Shown: positions 1-10,282 of the stretch, piece by piece
Layout of the letters: every line of letters starts with the position of its first letter
Numbering within the stretch: position 1 is the first letter of the stretch
Source of the DNA: an uncultured Gemmatimonadales bacterium
GTDB lineage: Bacteria; Gemmatimonadota; Gemmatimonadetes; Longimicrobiales; Longimicrobiaceae
Direction: 5' to 3'
Length of the DNA: 64,000 nt
NCBI GenBank assembly: GCA_963716255.1
Contig: OY970303.1
Coordinates: forward strand, 5,600,001-5,664,000
Program-made: the position numbers and the translations under genes
Notes under the pieces: generated by a model
What the model was told of the DNA's origin: nothing
Databases searched by the model: none
What the model saw: only the letters and a program-made list of their open reading frames with translations

Positions 1-131
1 GACTGATTCACACGGAATCCGTCTGAGCGTCGCGGCGCACGCGGACCCCTTGCGCCGTTTTTCTTTGCATTTTAAAGTACTTTTCGAAATTGCTCGCACG
101 AGCGGGTCCGTCGGGCCCTCTCAGTCCCCTT

Positions 132-266
132 GCGTGAGGGATTACGGCCCGAAGGGGCGAGACCCGGCGGCAGTTCGCCGGGGCTCGACTCCGTTGAGCA
201 GCGTTGTTTGCTGCTCTACGGAGCCGAAGCCCGACCCCGGCGCCAGCCGGGGGCACGCCCGAACCC
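132..266 (+). repeat. Family A structured intergenic repeat, copy 1 of 12 (~135 bp)
   Basis: GCGTGAGGGATT...GGCACGCCCGAACCC; four hairpins; inner stem GAGCAGC/GCTGCTC. Confidence 0.95.
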
Positions 267-295
267 GCCGTCCAAAGCCGTCCAGGAAATCAGCC

Positions 296-1213
296 ATGGA
301 ACTAGAGATCCGCGACCTGTCCAAGACCTACCCCAACGGTGTGCAGGCGCTAAAGGACGTGTCGCTCACGATCCCGGCGGGCATGTTCGGCCTGCTCGGC
401 CCCAACGGCGCGGGCAAGTCCACGCTGATGCGCATCCTCGCCACGCTTCAGGAGCCGGACGCGGGATCGGTCCGGCTCGGCGGCTTCGACGTGCTGCGCC
501 AGAAGGGCGAGGTGCGGCAGGTGCTCGGCTACCTGCCGCAGTCGTTCGGCTTCTACCCCAACGTGAGGGCGGAGCGGCTGCTCGACCACTTCGCGGTGCT
601 GAAGGGGATCGCCGAGCCGGGCGTGCGGCGCGACGTCGTGGAGTCGCTGCTGCGGCAGGTCAACCTGTGGGACGTGCGCAGGCAGAAGGTGGGAACGTTC
701 TCCGGCGGCATGCGGCAGCGCCTGGGCGTCGCCGTGGCGCTGCTCGGCAGCCCCAGGCTGATCATCGTGGACGAGCCGACGGCGGGGCTCGACCCGGCCG
801 AGCGCGTGCGCTTCCTGAACCTGCTGAGCGAGATCGGCGAGGACAGCGCGGTCATCCTTTCCACGCACATCGTGGAGGACGTGGAAGAGCTGTGCAGCCG
901 CATGGCGATCATCGACCGGGGCGAGATCCTGCTCGACGCGGAGCCGCCGCGCGCGGTGGAGGCGCTGCGGGGGCGGATCTGGCGCACGACCGTGGGCCGG
1001 GGGGACCTGGCGGCGCTCGAGCGGGAGCAGCCTGTGATCTCCACCCGGCTGCTGGGCGGGCGGACGATCGTGCACGTGTACGCGGACACGCCGCCGGGTG
1101 CGGAGTTCGCGCCGGTGGAGCCGGACCTCAAGGACGTGTACTTCAGCGTCATGGCGGGGCACCACGGGCGGCGGACGGACAGGGCGGAAGCGGGAGCGGG
1201 GGTGGCGCGGTGA
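296..1213 (+). CDS. ABC transporter ATP-binding protein
   Basis: Walker A GPNGAGKST, signature FSGGMRQR, Walker B IIVDEP; ATG at 296 chosen because the longer ORF reads through the repeat. Confidence 0.93.
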   Translation: MELEIRDLSKTYPNGVQALKDVSLTIPAGMFGLLGPNGAGKSTLMRILATLQEPDAGSVRLGGFDVLRQKGEVRQVLGYLPQSFGFYPNVRAERLLDHFAVLKGIAEPGVRRDVVESLLRQVNLWDVRRQKVGTFSGGMRQRLGVAVALLGSPRLIIVDEPTAGLDPAERVRFLNLLSEIGEDSAVILSTHIVEDVEELCSRMAIIDRGEILLDAEPPRAVEALRGRIWRTTVGRGDLAALEREQPVISTRLLGGRTIVHVYADTPPGAEFAPVEPDLKDVYFSVMAGHHGRRTDRAEAGAGVAR

Positions 1214-4200
1214 GGCTCCGCGAGGTCTTCGGCTTCGAGCTCGAGTACCGCCTCCGCAGCGCATCCACCTGGATCTACGCCTCGATCCTGTTCGCCTTCG
1301 CGGTCCTGCTCGTCGCCGCGAACGCCGGCGGCGGCGGGCCCGTCCACCTCAACGCGCCGGAACGGCTCGCCGAGTTCGCCGTGATCGCCGGGCTGTTCGG
1401 GCTGCTGGTCACGGCGGCGGTCTTCGGCGATGCCGGGGTCCGCGACGTGGAGGTGGGGATGGATCCGCTCCTCTTCACCTCGCCGCTCGGCAAGGCCGAG
1501 TACCTGGGCGGGCGCTTTCTCGCCGCGCTGGCGGTGAACGCGGTGGTCCTGCTCGCCGTCCCGCTCGGCCTGGCGGCCGCGACGCTGCTGGCGGGCGTCC
1601 CCCCGCGGGAGCTCGGCCCGTTCCGCGCCGGCGCCTTCGCGCAGCCCTACCTGCTCTTCCTGCTGCCGAACGCCGCCGTCGCCGGCGCGGCGCTGTTCAC
1701 GATCGCCGTGCTCACCCGGAAGACCGTGCCGGTGTACCTGGGCGCGGCCGGCCTGTTCGTCGGCAACCTGCTCGCCGCCGGCAGCCGGCCCCGCATCGCC
1801 GACCCGAGGCTGTCCGCGCTGGCCGACCCGTTCGGGATCGCCGCGGCGCAGGACGTGGTCGCGCTCTGGTCGGCGGCCGAGCGCAACGCCCGGCTCGTCG
1901 GCTTTCCCGCGGCGATGGTGCTGAACCGGGTGGTGTGGCTCGCGGCCGCGGCGGCGCTGCTCCTCCTGCTCCACCGCCGCTTCCGCTTCGCGCACGGCGG
2001 CGGCGGCGGCCGGACGGAGGGGCGCCGGTCCGCCGCCGGGCCGCGGGCGGGGCGCGCCGCACCGGTGGCGGTGCCGCGCGTCGCGGGCACGTTCGGGCTC
2101 CGGACCCGGGTGCGGCAGACGCTCGCCGTCGCGCGCGGCGCGCTGGAGGAGGTCGCGGGGAGCCGCGCGTTCCCCGCGGCCCTGGCCGGTGGGACGGGTC
2201 TCGTCCTGCTCATGGGCTGGAACGTGGCCGACACCGCCTTCGACACGTCCACGTGGCCGGTCACGCACCTCGTCGCCGTTTCGGTCCTGAGCGGCCGCGT
2301 CACGCCCATCGTCTTCGTGCTCATCGCGGTGTACGCGGGCGAGCTGGTGTGGAGGGACCGCGACGTGGGCGTGGCCGAGATCGCGGACGCGTCGCCGGTG
2401 CCGGAGGGAGCCCTGCTGCTCGGCCGCTTCCTCGCCCTGGTCGCGATCCTCGCGGCGTTCCAGGCCGCGTTCATGGCCGGCGGCCTCCTGATCCAGGCCC
2501 TCCAGGGGTACCACCGCTTCGAGATCGGCCTGTACCTCCGCATCCTCTTCGGGCTGAACCTGGCCGACCAGGTGCTACTGGCCGCGCTGGCGCTGGCGAT
2601 CCACGTGGTCGTGAACCACAAGTACGTCGGCCACATCGCCGTGCTGGCGGCGTGCGTGCTCCGGGTGGTCGCCCGGGAAAACGGCATCGTCCGGCACGAC
2701 CTGCTGCTGTACGGCATGGACCCGGGGTGGACGTACTCGGACATGAACGGCTTCGGCCCGTTCATCGGCCCGTTCGTGTGGTTCAAGCTGTACTGGGCGG
2801 CGTGGGCGCTGCTGCTGGGCGTGGCCGCGGCCCTGTTCTGGGTGCGCGGGCGGGAGGCCGGGGGGCGGCTGCGCGCGGCCCGGGCGCGACTCACGGGGCC
2901 GACCGTGCGCGTGGCCGGCGTGGCGGCGGCGCTCGTGCTCGCGCTGGGCGGGTTCATCTTCTACAACACCAACGTCCTGAACACGTACCTCGCGCCGGAC
3001 GAGCAGGGAGCGCCGCAGGCCGGCTACGAGAAGCGCTACGGGCGGTTCCGGGACGCGCCGCAGCCGGTGGTCGCCGCGGTGGAGATGCGCGTGGAGATCT
3101 ACCCGGAGCGGCCGGGCGTGGACGTGCGCGGCAGCTACCGCCTGGTGAACCGGACCGGCGCCGCGATCGACTCGGTGCACGTGTACGTCAACCCGACGAT
3201 GCGGGTGCGGTCGATCTCGTTCGACCGCGCGTCCACGCCCGTGCGGGTGGACGAGGAGGTCGGGTACCGGATCCTCGCCCTCGGGCGGGCACTGGAGCCG
3301 GGCGATTCGCTGCGGCTCGCATTCGACGTGGCGTTCCGGCCACGCGGCTTCCCCAACGAGGGCATGCAGACGGACGTGGTCGCCAACGGGGCGCACTTCG
3401 ACCGGCGCTGGCTGCCGATCGTCGGCTACCAGCCGGCGCTCGAGCTGTCGGACGACGAGGATCGCAAGCGGTTCGGGCTCGCGCCCCGGCCGCCGCTGCC
3501 CGGGCCCGGCGACGCCGGGGCGAGGCGCCATCGCTTCGCCGTGCGGGACGCGGACTTCGTCCACGTGAGCACGGTCATCGGCACGGCCGCCGGCCAGACC
3601 GCGGTCACTCCCGGCTTGCTGCGCCGGAGCTGGACGGAGAACGGGCGGCGCTACTTCCACTACGAGACCGAGGCGCCGACCGCGTGGGACGGCACCGTCT
3701 TTTCCGCCCGGTACGCGGTGCGCGAGGACCGGTGGAGGGACGTGGAGCTGCGCGTCTACCACCACCCGTCCCACACCTTCACGCTGGACCGGACGGTCCG
3801 GAGCATGAAGGCGTCGCTCGACTACTACACGCGGCAGTTCGGGCCGTACCCGGCCAGCCAGCTGCGCGTGGTGGAGTTCGCGCGCTACGGCAACTTCGGG
3901 ATCGCGCACCCGCACACCATCGGCTTCACGGAGGACTACTTTCTCGCCCGCTTCCGCGAGGGCGAGGTGGACCAGGCGTCGTACGGGACCGCGCACGAGG
4001 TCGCGCACCAGTGGTGGGGCGGGCAGGTGAGGGGCGCGCCGGTGCGGGGCCACGGGCTGCTCTCGGAATCGCTCGCCAACTACAGCGCGATGATGGTGAC
4101 GGAAAAGGCGTACGGCCCGGAGGCGGCCCGCCGGGTCTACGACTTCCAGATGCAGCGCTACCTGGCCGGGCGCGCGCGCTTTGCGCGCGAGGTACCGCTG

Positions 4201-4809
4201 CTGGAGGTGGAGGACCAGCCGTACATCGCGTACCGCAAGGGCGCGATCGCGCTGTACACGCTGCGCGAGCAGGTGGGCGAGGATCGGGTCAACGGCGCGC
4301 TGCGCCGCTACTTCGAGAAGCACCGCGCCGGTGTGCCGCCCTACCCCACGTCGCGCGACCTGTACGCCGAGCTGCGCGCGGCCACGCCCGACTCGCTCCG
4401 ACCCCTGCTCACGGACCTGTTCGAGACGGTCACCCTGTGGGACGTGAAGGCGGAGCGGGCGCGCGTGGAGCCGACCGGCACCGGCGCGTACCGGGTGACG
4501 CTGGACGTGGTGGCGAGGAAGCTGAGGGCCGACGGCGCGGGCAGGGAGACCGAGGTGCCGATGGACGACTTCGTGGAGATCGGGGTGTTCGCGCCCGGCG
4601 GCGGCGACGGCCCCGGCGCGCCGCTCCACCTGGCGCGCCACCGCATTCGCAGCGGCAGGCAGACGATCCGGATCACCGTGCCGCGCAGGCCGGCGCGCGC
4701 CGGCATCGACCCGTACGGGAAGCTGATCGACCGCAAGCGCGACGACAACGTGGTCGACGCGGGATCGGGGGCGACGGCCGCGCCTCGCACGGGTCCTTCG
4801 TTCCGCTAG
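1210..4809 (+). CDS. ABC-2-type permease fused to M1 family aminopeptidase
   Basis: Two multi-TM blocks, then HEVAH...LSESLANY gluzincin motif; GTGA overlap with upstream stop. Confidence 0.88.
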   Translation: MRLREVFGFELEYRLRSASTWIYASILFAFAVLLVAANAGGGGPVHLNAPERLAEFAVIAGLFGLLVTAAVFGDAGVRDVEVGMDPLLFTSPLGKAEYLGGRFLAALAVNAVVLLAVPLGLAAATLLAGVPPRELGPFRAGAFAQPYLLFLLPNAAVAGAALFTIAVLTRKTVPVYLGAAGLFVGNLLAAGSRPRIADPRLSALADPFGIAAAQDVVALWSAAERNARLVGFPAAMVLNRVVWLAAAAALLLLLHRRFRFAHGGGGGRTEGRRSAAGPRAGRAAPVAVPRVAGTFGLRTRVRQTLAVARGALEEVAGSRAFPAALAGGTGLVLLMGWNVADTAFDTSTWPVTHLVAVSVLSGRVTPIVFVLIAVYAGELVWRDRDVGVAEIADASPVPEGALLLGRFLALVAILAAFQAAFMAGGLLIQALQGYHRFEIGLYLRILFGLNLADQVLLAALALAIHVVVNHKYVGHIAVLAACVLRVVARENGIVRHDLLLYGMDPGWTYSDMNGFGPFIGPFVWFKLYWAAWALLLGVAAALFWVRGREAGGRLRAARARLTGPTVRVAGVAAALVLALGGFIFYNTNVLNTYLAPDEQGAPQAGYEKRYGRFRDAPQPVVAAVEMRVEIYPERPGVDVRGSYRLVNRTGAAIDSVHVYVNPTMRVRSISFDRASTPVRVDEEVGYRILALGRALEPGDSLRLAFDVAFRPRGFPNEGMQTDVVANGAHFDRRWLPIVGYQPALELSDDEDRKRFGLAPRPPLPGPGDAGARRHRFAVRDADFVHVSTVIGTAAGQTAVTPGLLRRSWTENGRRYFHYETEAPTAWDGTVFSARYAVREDRWRDVELRVYHHPSHTFTLDRTVRSMKASLDYYTRQFGPYPASQLRVVEFARYGNFGIAHPHTIGFTEDYFLARFREGEVDQASYGTAHEVAHQWWGGQVRGAPVRGHGLLSESLANYSAMMVTEKAYGPEAARRVYDFQMQRYLAGRARFAREVPLLEVEDQPYIAYRKGAIALYTLREQVGEDRVNGALRRYFEKHRAGVPPYPTSRDLYAELRAATPDSLRPLLTDLFETVTLWDVKAERARVEPTGTGAYRVTLDVVARKLRADGAGRETEVPMDDFVEIGVFAPGGGDGPGAPLHLARHRIRSGRQTIRITVPRRPARAGIDPYGKLIDRKRDDNVVDAGSGATAAPRTGPSFR

Positions 4810-5014
4810 AGGGAGGCGCGGCGTGCGCTCCGCTGCCGCCCTTCCTCCACCGGCCCTGTTGTCGGGGCCGCGGCGGCCGGTTATACTGAGGGACCGGAGC
4901 GAGACACAACTGGGGCCGGCGCTGTCCCGAGACGGGGAGCGTCCCGGCCGTCCCATGCCCCCGGGCCATCGCGCGCCCCGGGGTGGGACCTCGTTCACCC
5001 CTGCCGGAACACCC

Positions 5015-6046
5015 GTGAAACCCTCCATCCTCCTCCTCGCCGGCCTCGCCGCCGCCTCGCCGCTGGCCGCCCAGGAACCGACCGCCCTCCCCGGGCAGGA
5101 GCGGACCCACGTCGTCCGCCCCGGTGACACCCTGTGGGACCTCGCCCGCGGCTGCCTGGGCGATCCCTTCCTGTGGCCCGAGCTGTACCGGCTGAACGCC
5201 GGGGTCGTCCGCGACCCGGCCCGCATCTACCCGGACCAGCGCCTGGCCCTCCCGGAGTGCCGCGAGGGGCTGGCCCCGCAGGTGGCGTATACTCCGCGCG
5301 CCGGCGAGGACCCCTTGGCGCCGGACCGGGTACTCCCCGCCGCCGGGACCGGCGAGTTCCCGGTCATCGCTCCGGGCGACTTCTACCGCGCGCGGCTGCT
5401 GGTGCAGGACGCCGAGGTCCCCGCGGTCGGCAAGCTCGCGGAGCGGATCTCGCCCACGGTGGTCCCCATCGAGATGACCCCGCAGATCTCGCTGTACGAC
5501 CGGGTGTACGTCGCCCTGGGCCAGCCGGGCGGCCTGCGCGTGGGCGACGCGGTGCACTTCTTCCGGCGCGACCGCGAGGTGAGGCCGTACGGGCGGGTGT
5601 ACGTTTCCACCGGCATCGGCAGCGTGGAGACACTGGAGGGGAACGTGGCGACCGTGGAGATCCGCACGGTGTACGACGTGATCGCGGTGAGCGACCTGGC
5701 CGTGCCGGCCGCGCGCTTCCCGGTCCGCGCCGGGGTGGCGCCCCGAGCGCCGCGGCAGGCGGTGGAGGGCAGGGTGGTCGCCTTCGGCAGCGAGCACGCT
5801 GTGCAGATCACCGAGGAGCTGGCGTTCCTGGACGTGGGCGCCGCGGCGGGGGTCAAGGAGGGCGACGTGTTCGCCGCGTACATTCCCCGCGAGCAGAAGC
5901 AGTGGGGGACGCGGCCGGAGATCCCCGTCGCCCGCATGCAGGTGGTGCGCGTCACCGACCGCACCGCCACGGCCCGCATCACCGGACTGGAGCAGCCCGC
6001 CATGGAAGCGGGCCTCCCCGTGAGGCTGGTGTCGGAAATGCCGTGA
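5015..6046 (+). CDS. Secreted LysM peptidoglycan-binding protein
   Basis: Signal peptide ending LAAQE; LysM HVVRPGDTLWDLA...LWPELYRLN...IYPDQRL; GTG start inferred. Confidence 0.85.
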   Translation: MKPSILLLAGLAAASPLAAQEPTALPGQERTHVVRPGDTLWDLARGCLGDPFLWPELYRLNAGVVRDPARIYPDQRLALPECREGLAPQVAYTPRAGEDPLAPDRVLPAAGTGEFPVIAPGDFYRARLLVQDAEVPAVGKLAERISPTVVPIEMTPQISLYDRVYVALGQPGGLRVGDAVHFFRRDREVRPYGRVYVSTGIGSVETLEGNVATVEIRTVYDVIAVSDLAVPAARFPVRAGVAPRAPRQAVEGRVVAFGSEHAVQITEELAFLDVGAAAGVKEGDVFAAYIPREQKQWGTRPEIPVARMQVVRVTDRTATARITGLEQPAMEAGLPVRLVSEMP

Positions 6047-6140
6047 AGCGGCCGGCAGCGCGGTCCCCGCTCTCCGCCGGCCGCGACGCCTCTCCGCAAG
6101 GAGGGGCGTCGCAGCCGTTTGTGCCCCCGGCGCGATACCC

Positions 6141-6279
6141 GCGTGAGGGATTTCGGCCCGGCGGGGCGAGACCCGGCGGGGCTGTTTCCGCCGGGGCTCG
6201 ACTCCGTCAGCGAGCGTTGTTTGCTCGCTTACGGAGCCGAAGCCCGACCCCGGCGCCAGCCGGGGGCACGCCCGAACCC
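6141..6279 (+). repeat. Family A repeat, copy 2
   Basis: Same ends; inner stem AGCGAGC/GCTCGCT; lengthened second hairpin. Confidence 0.95.
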
Positions 6280-6308
6280 GCAGTCGAAAGCCGTTCCAGA
6301 ATCGGACA

Positions 6309-7124
6309 ATGATCGAAGCGCTCCACCTCGTCGCGCTGGCGCTGTACCTGGTCGCCGCCACCCTGCTGGGGGTGGCGCTGGCCCGCAACGAGCTCCGCCT
6401 CACCGGCATCGCCACTTCGGTCGCGGGGGTGGGCGTGCTCGCCCACCTGCTGGGGCTGGTGGCGTACACCGCCCGCTGGGGCGAGCTGCCGCTGGTGGGG
6501 CTGGGACCCTCGCTCTCGGTGCTCGCCTTCCTGGTGGGGCTGGGCTCGCTCGCCGTGGCCACGCTGGGGCGCACGGGGCCGCTGGGGCTGGTGCTGGTGC
6601 CGGTGGCCGCGCTCCTGGTGGGGGTGGCCGCGGCGGTGGGCGTGGTCCCCTCGGAGGCGGTGCTCAGCTTCCAGGGCCCGTGGTTCGTGCTGCACGTGGT
6701 GCTGGCGCTGGTGGGGTACGCGGGGCTGACGGTGGCCTTCGCCTGCGGGCTGATGTACCTGATTCAGTTCAGGGAGTTGAGAAACAAGAACTTCGGTGCC
6801 ATCTTCCGGTTCTTTCCCCCGCTCGACACGCTGGACCGGATGGGGAAGTGGGCGCTGATCGTGGGCTTTCCCTTTCTGACCATGGCGCTGGTGGTGGGGT
6901 GGGCGTGGACGGAGCGCTTCGGGCGCCCGCTGGGGCCCGGAAACCCCAAAGTCGTCTGGGGGGTACTGAGCTGGGTCCTGATCCTGGCGGCGCTCGCCGC
7001 GCGGGCGGGCGGGGGACGGCGCGGGGTGCGCGCCGCGGCGGCCAGCGTGGTGGTCTTCGCCATCGTGGTGGTGGCGTACATCGTCCTGCGCGTGGGCGAG
7101 CCGCAGACCGGCGGCTTCCTGTGA
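6309..7124 (+). CDS. ccsA: Cytochrome c assembly (CcsA/HemX-like) membrane protein
   Basis: About 8 TM segments; LHV..ALVGY, PPLDTLDR and GxxW...PK motifs; upstream of hemA. Confidence 0.8.
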   Translation: MIEALHLVALALYLVAATLLGVALARNELRLTGIATSVAGVGVLAHLLGLVAYTARWGELPLVGLGPSLSVLAFLVGLGSLAVATLGRTGPLGLVLVPVAALLVGVAAAVGVVPSEAVLSFQGPWFVLHVVLALVGYAGLTVAFACGLMYLIQFRELRNKNFGAIFRFFPPLDTLDRMGKWALIVGFPFLTMALVVGWAWTERFGRPLGPGNPKVVWGVLSWVLILAALAARAGGGRRGVRAAAASVVVFAIVVVAYIVLRVGEPQTGGFL

Positions 7125-7759
7125 GCGCCCCGTACCCGGTGCTCCTGGACCTGCGGCGCGTGCGCGCGCTGGTGGTGGGCGGCGGCGCCGTCGCCACCCG
7201 CAAGGTGGAGGGGCTGGTGGAGGCCGGCGGCCGCCCCGACGTGGTGGCGCCCGAGCTCGCCCCGGCGCTCCAGGCTCTCGCGGAGCGCGAGGGGCTGGAC
7301 TGCCGGCTCCGCGCCTACGCCGCGGGCGACGCCGCGGGGTACCGCCTGGTGTTCGCCGCCACGGACGATCCCGGGGTCAACGCGCGGGTCGCCCGCGAGG
7401 CCGCGGAGGCGGGCGCGCTGGCGAGCGTCGCGGACGCGGGCGCGGAGTCCGACTTCCACGTGCCCGCCACCCTCCGCAGCGGCGGCGTGGTGGTGGCGCT
7501 GGCCACCGGCGGGGCCTCGCCGCTGCTGTCGCGGCGGCTGCGCGAGCGGCTGGAGGGCGTGGTGACGCCCGGGGTGGGGCGCGCGGCGGCGAGGCTGGAA
7601 TCCGTGCGCGAGGAGGTGCGCGCCCGCTGGCCGGAGGACGAGGCGCGGCGGCGGGCGTTCTGGTTCGATCTGATCACTCCCGGCTTCCTCGACAGCGCCG
7701 TCGAGGGGCGGGACGAGGAAGTGGAAGCGCGCATCTCCCGATGCCTCTCGCAGTCGTAG
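7121..7759 (+). CDS. sirC: Precorrin-2 dehydrogenase/sirohydrochlorin ferrochelatase (SirC/CysG N-terminal type)
   Basis: YPVLLDL..LVVGGGAVATRK, LVFAATDD, ATGGASP motifs; GTGA overlap. Confidence 0.88.
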   Translation: MSAPYPVLLDLRRVRALVVGGGAVATRKVEGLVEAGGRPDVVAPELAPALQALAEREGLDCRLRAYAAGDAAGYRLVFAATDDPGVNARVAREAAEAGALASVADAGAESDFHVPATLRSGGVVVALATGGASPLLSRRLRERLEGVVTPGVGRAAARLESVREEVRARWPEDEARRRAFWFDLITPGFLDSAVEGRDEEVEARISRCLSQS

Positions 7760-9123
7760 GAGCCAGCCACCGGACCGCGTCCATCGAGGTCCGGGAGCGG
7801 CTCGCCCTTGCCCGGGGAGAGATCCCCGGGGTGCTGGCCGGCCTGGTGGAATCGGGCGCGGCCGACGAGGCCGTCGTCCTGTCCACCTGCAACCGGACCG
7901 AGCTGTACCTCGCCCTGGCCGACGAGCGCCGCGGCGTGGAGGCCGCGCACGCCGTGCTGGCGGAGCGCATCGGCGAGAGCCCGGCCGGCATCGCGAAGCA
8001 CCTGTACCTTCACCGCGACCGCTACGCCGCCGAGCACCTGTTCCGGGTGACCGCGGGGCTGGACTCCATGGTCCTGGGGGAGCCGCAGATCCAGGGGCAG
8101 GTCAAGGAGGCGTACGCCCTGGCCCGCGAAGCGGTGAGCCCCGCCGGCCCGCTGGTGGGCTCCGCGCTCAACCGCCTCTTCCAGAGCGCCTTCGCCGTGG
8201 GCGGCCAGGTGCGCAGCGGGACGGAGGTGGGGCTGGGCGCCGCCTCCATCTCCTCCGCCGCCGTGGAGCTGGCGAAAAAGATCTTCGGCTCGCTGCGCGG
8301 GCGGCGCGCCCTGGTGCTGGGCGCCGGGGAGATGAGCGAGGTGACGCTGGAGTGCCTGGTGGGCGAGGGGGTGCGGGCCGCGCTGGTCGCCAACCGCACC
8401 TTCGACCGCGCGGCCGAGCTGGCGGCCCGGTGGGGCGGCGAGGCGATCCGCTGGGAGGAGTTCGGCCGGGCGCTCGCGGGGGTGGACATCGTCATCTGCT
8501 CCACGGCGGCCCCGCACCCGGTGCTCACCCGCGAGCGCTTCCGCCAGGCCGTTCCCGGCGAGAGGCGCAACCCGCTCTGCATCATCGACATCGCCATCCC
8601 GCGCGACGTGGACCCGGCGGTGGCGCGCGAGCCCAACGTCTTCCTGTACAACATCGACGACCTGACGCAGATCGTCGACGACAACCTGGAGCGGCGGCGC
8701 ACTCAGCTCCCCGCGGCCGACGCCATCGTCGCGGCCGGGGTGGAGGAGTTCTGGGCGTGGTACTCGGCCCTGGCGGTGGTCCCCACCATCCGCGACCTGC
8801 GCGACCACGGCGAGCGGGTGCGGCAGGCGGAGCTGGAGCGCGCGCTCCGCCGCCTGGGGCACCTGGCCCCCGAGGACCGCGAGGCGGTGGAGGCGCTGAG
8901 CCGCACCCTGCTCGCCAAGCTGCTGCACGCGCCCACCGTGCGCCTGCGCGAGGCGGCCGGCAACGGCCGCGGCACCGCGGTGCTGGACACCGCCCGCTAC
9001 CTGTTCCAGCTGGACCGCGACGCCGCGCAGCACGACCGCGGCGAGGACGAGCCGTCCCCGCCGTCCGCCGCTCCGCCGCCGTCGCAGGCTCCCTCCGCAC
9101 CCAACCCGAAGCCCGTTTCGTGA
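7741..9123 (+). CDS. hemA: Glutamyl-tRNA reductase
   Basis: LSTCNRTE, GLDSMVLGEPQI, GAGEM, DIAIPRDVD. Confidence 0.97.
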   Translation: MPLAVVGASHRTASIEVRERLALARGEIPGVLAGLVESGAADEAVVLSTCNRTELYLALADERRGVEAAHAVLAERIGESPAGIAKHLYLHRDRYAAEHLFRVTAGLDSMVLGEPQIQGQVKEAYALAREAVSPAGPLVGSALNRLFQSAFAVGGQVRSGTEVGLGAASISSAAVELAKKIFGSLRGRRALVLGAGEMSEVTLECLVGEGVRAALVANRTFDRAAELAARWGGEAIRWEEFGRALAGVDIVICSTAAPHPVLTRERFRQAVPGERRNPLCIIDIAIPRDVDPAVAREPNVFLYNIDDLTQIVDDNLERRRTQLPAADAIVAAGVEEFWAWYSALAVVPTIRDLRDHGERVRQAELERALRRLGHLAPEDREAVEALSRTLLAKLLHAPTVRLREAAGNGRGTAVLDTARYLFQLDRDAAQHDRGEDEPSPPSAAPPPSQAPSAPNPKPVS

Positions 9124-9857
9124 CCGCAGCCGCCATGCTTCTCCAGGGCGCGTCCAGCCCGGCCCCCGTCAACGAGTTCGCCGCGTCCTGGGACATGATC
9201 GTCCACGGGACGCCCTCCACCAAGATCATCATCGGCCTGCTGGCGATCATGTCGCTGGCGTCGTGGGCGCTGATCGTCTGGAAGCTGGTGCAGTTCCGCC
9301 GCGTGCGCCGCGACGCCGACCGCTTCAACGGCGAGCTGGAGCGCGCCGAGCGGCTGGACGACGCCTACCAGCACGTGCAGGCGCTCCCGGAGTCGCCCTT
9401 CAGCCGCGTCTTCCGCCGCGGGGTGGACTTCTTTTCCGAGCTGCGCCCCGCCGCGGCGCGCGCCGGGAGCGAGGTGCGGGGGCTGAGCCCGGCGCAGCTG
9501 GAGGTGCTGCGGCTGGTGCTGGAAAAGGAGGAGGGCGAGGAGCGAGACCACCTGTCGCATGGCGTCTACTGGCTGGCGATCATCTCCACCACGTCGCCGC
9601 TCTTCGGGCTGCTGGGGACGGTGCTGGGGGTGATGCACTCCTTCGTGGCCGTGGCGCAGGCGGGCTCGTCCAGCATCAGCGCCGTGGCCCCCGGCGTGGC
9701 GGAGGCGCTGATCACCACCGCGGCCGGGCTGGTGGTGGCGATCCCCGCGGCAATGGCGTACAACTACTTCGTCGCCAGGCTCAACCTGCTGATGAACGAG
9801 CTGGAGGGCTTTTCCAGCGAGTTCATCGGCACGCTGGCGCGCGAAGGGCGGGTCTGA
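9120..9857 (+). CDS. tolQ: TolQ/ExbB proton-channel protein
   Basis: SPLFGLLGTVLG, VAPGVAEALITTAAGL; start is GTG 9120 or ATG 9135. Confidence 0.9.
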   Translation: MTAAAMLLQGASSPAPVNEFAASWDMIVHGTPSTKIIIGLLAIMSLASWALIVWKLVQFRRVRRDADRFNGELERAERLDDAYQHVQALPESPFSRVFRRGVDFFSELRPAAARAGSEVRGLSPAQLEVLRLVLEKEEGEERDHLSHGVYWLAIISTTSPLFGLLGTVLGVMHSFVAVAQAGSSSISAVAPGVAEALITTAAGLVVAIPAAMAYNYFVARLNLLMNELEGFSSEFIGTLAREGRV

Positions 9858-10282
9858 TGCCCAGGCGGCGCTCCAGCGGGCGCGACATGGGGGTGTCGGC
9901 GGAGATCAACGTCACCTCGCTGGTGGACGTGGCGCTCACGCTGCTGGTCATCTTCATCATCACCGCGCCCATGATGCAGGGCGGCGTGGAGGTGAGCGTG
10001 CCGCGGGCGCAGGCCGCGCCGCTGGATTCGCCCGAGGGGGTGATCGTGTCCGTGGACCGCGCCGGCGACGTGTTCATCGGCGAGGCACCGATCCCCTGGA
10101 GCGAGTTCGAGACGCGCTTCCCGGAGGCGGTGCGCGCGGCGGGAGCGAAGAGCGTGTACCTGCGCGCCGACGAGAGCGTGCCGTACGGGCGGGTGATGCA
10201 GGTGATCGGCGCGATGAAGGCGGCCGACGTCGCCACGGTGGGGCTGGTGGTGGAGCCGGAGCCCGCGGGATCGCGGCCCTGA
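9857..10282 (+). CDS. tolR: TolR/ExbD
   Basis: EINVTSLVDVALTLLVIFIITAP, LRADESVPYG; TGATG coupling. Confidence 0.9.
   Translation: MPRRRSSGRDMGVSAEINVTSLVDVALTLLVIFIITAPMMQGGVEVSVPRAQAAPLDSPEGVIVSVDRAGDVFIGEAPIPWSEFETRFPEAVRAAGAKSVYLRADESVPYGRVMQVIGAMKAADVATVGLVVEPEPAGSRP

Noticed and set aside
132..266. Family A repeat as a conserved small protein (RDFGPKGRD.../MPPAGAGVGL... ORFs) or as a riboswitch
   Set aside because: ORFs occur in several frames with inconsistent starts and stops, and variation follows base pairing rather than codons. Copies lie both 5' and 3' of unrelated genes in either orientation.
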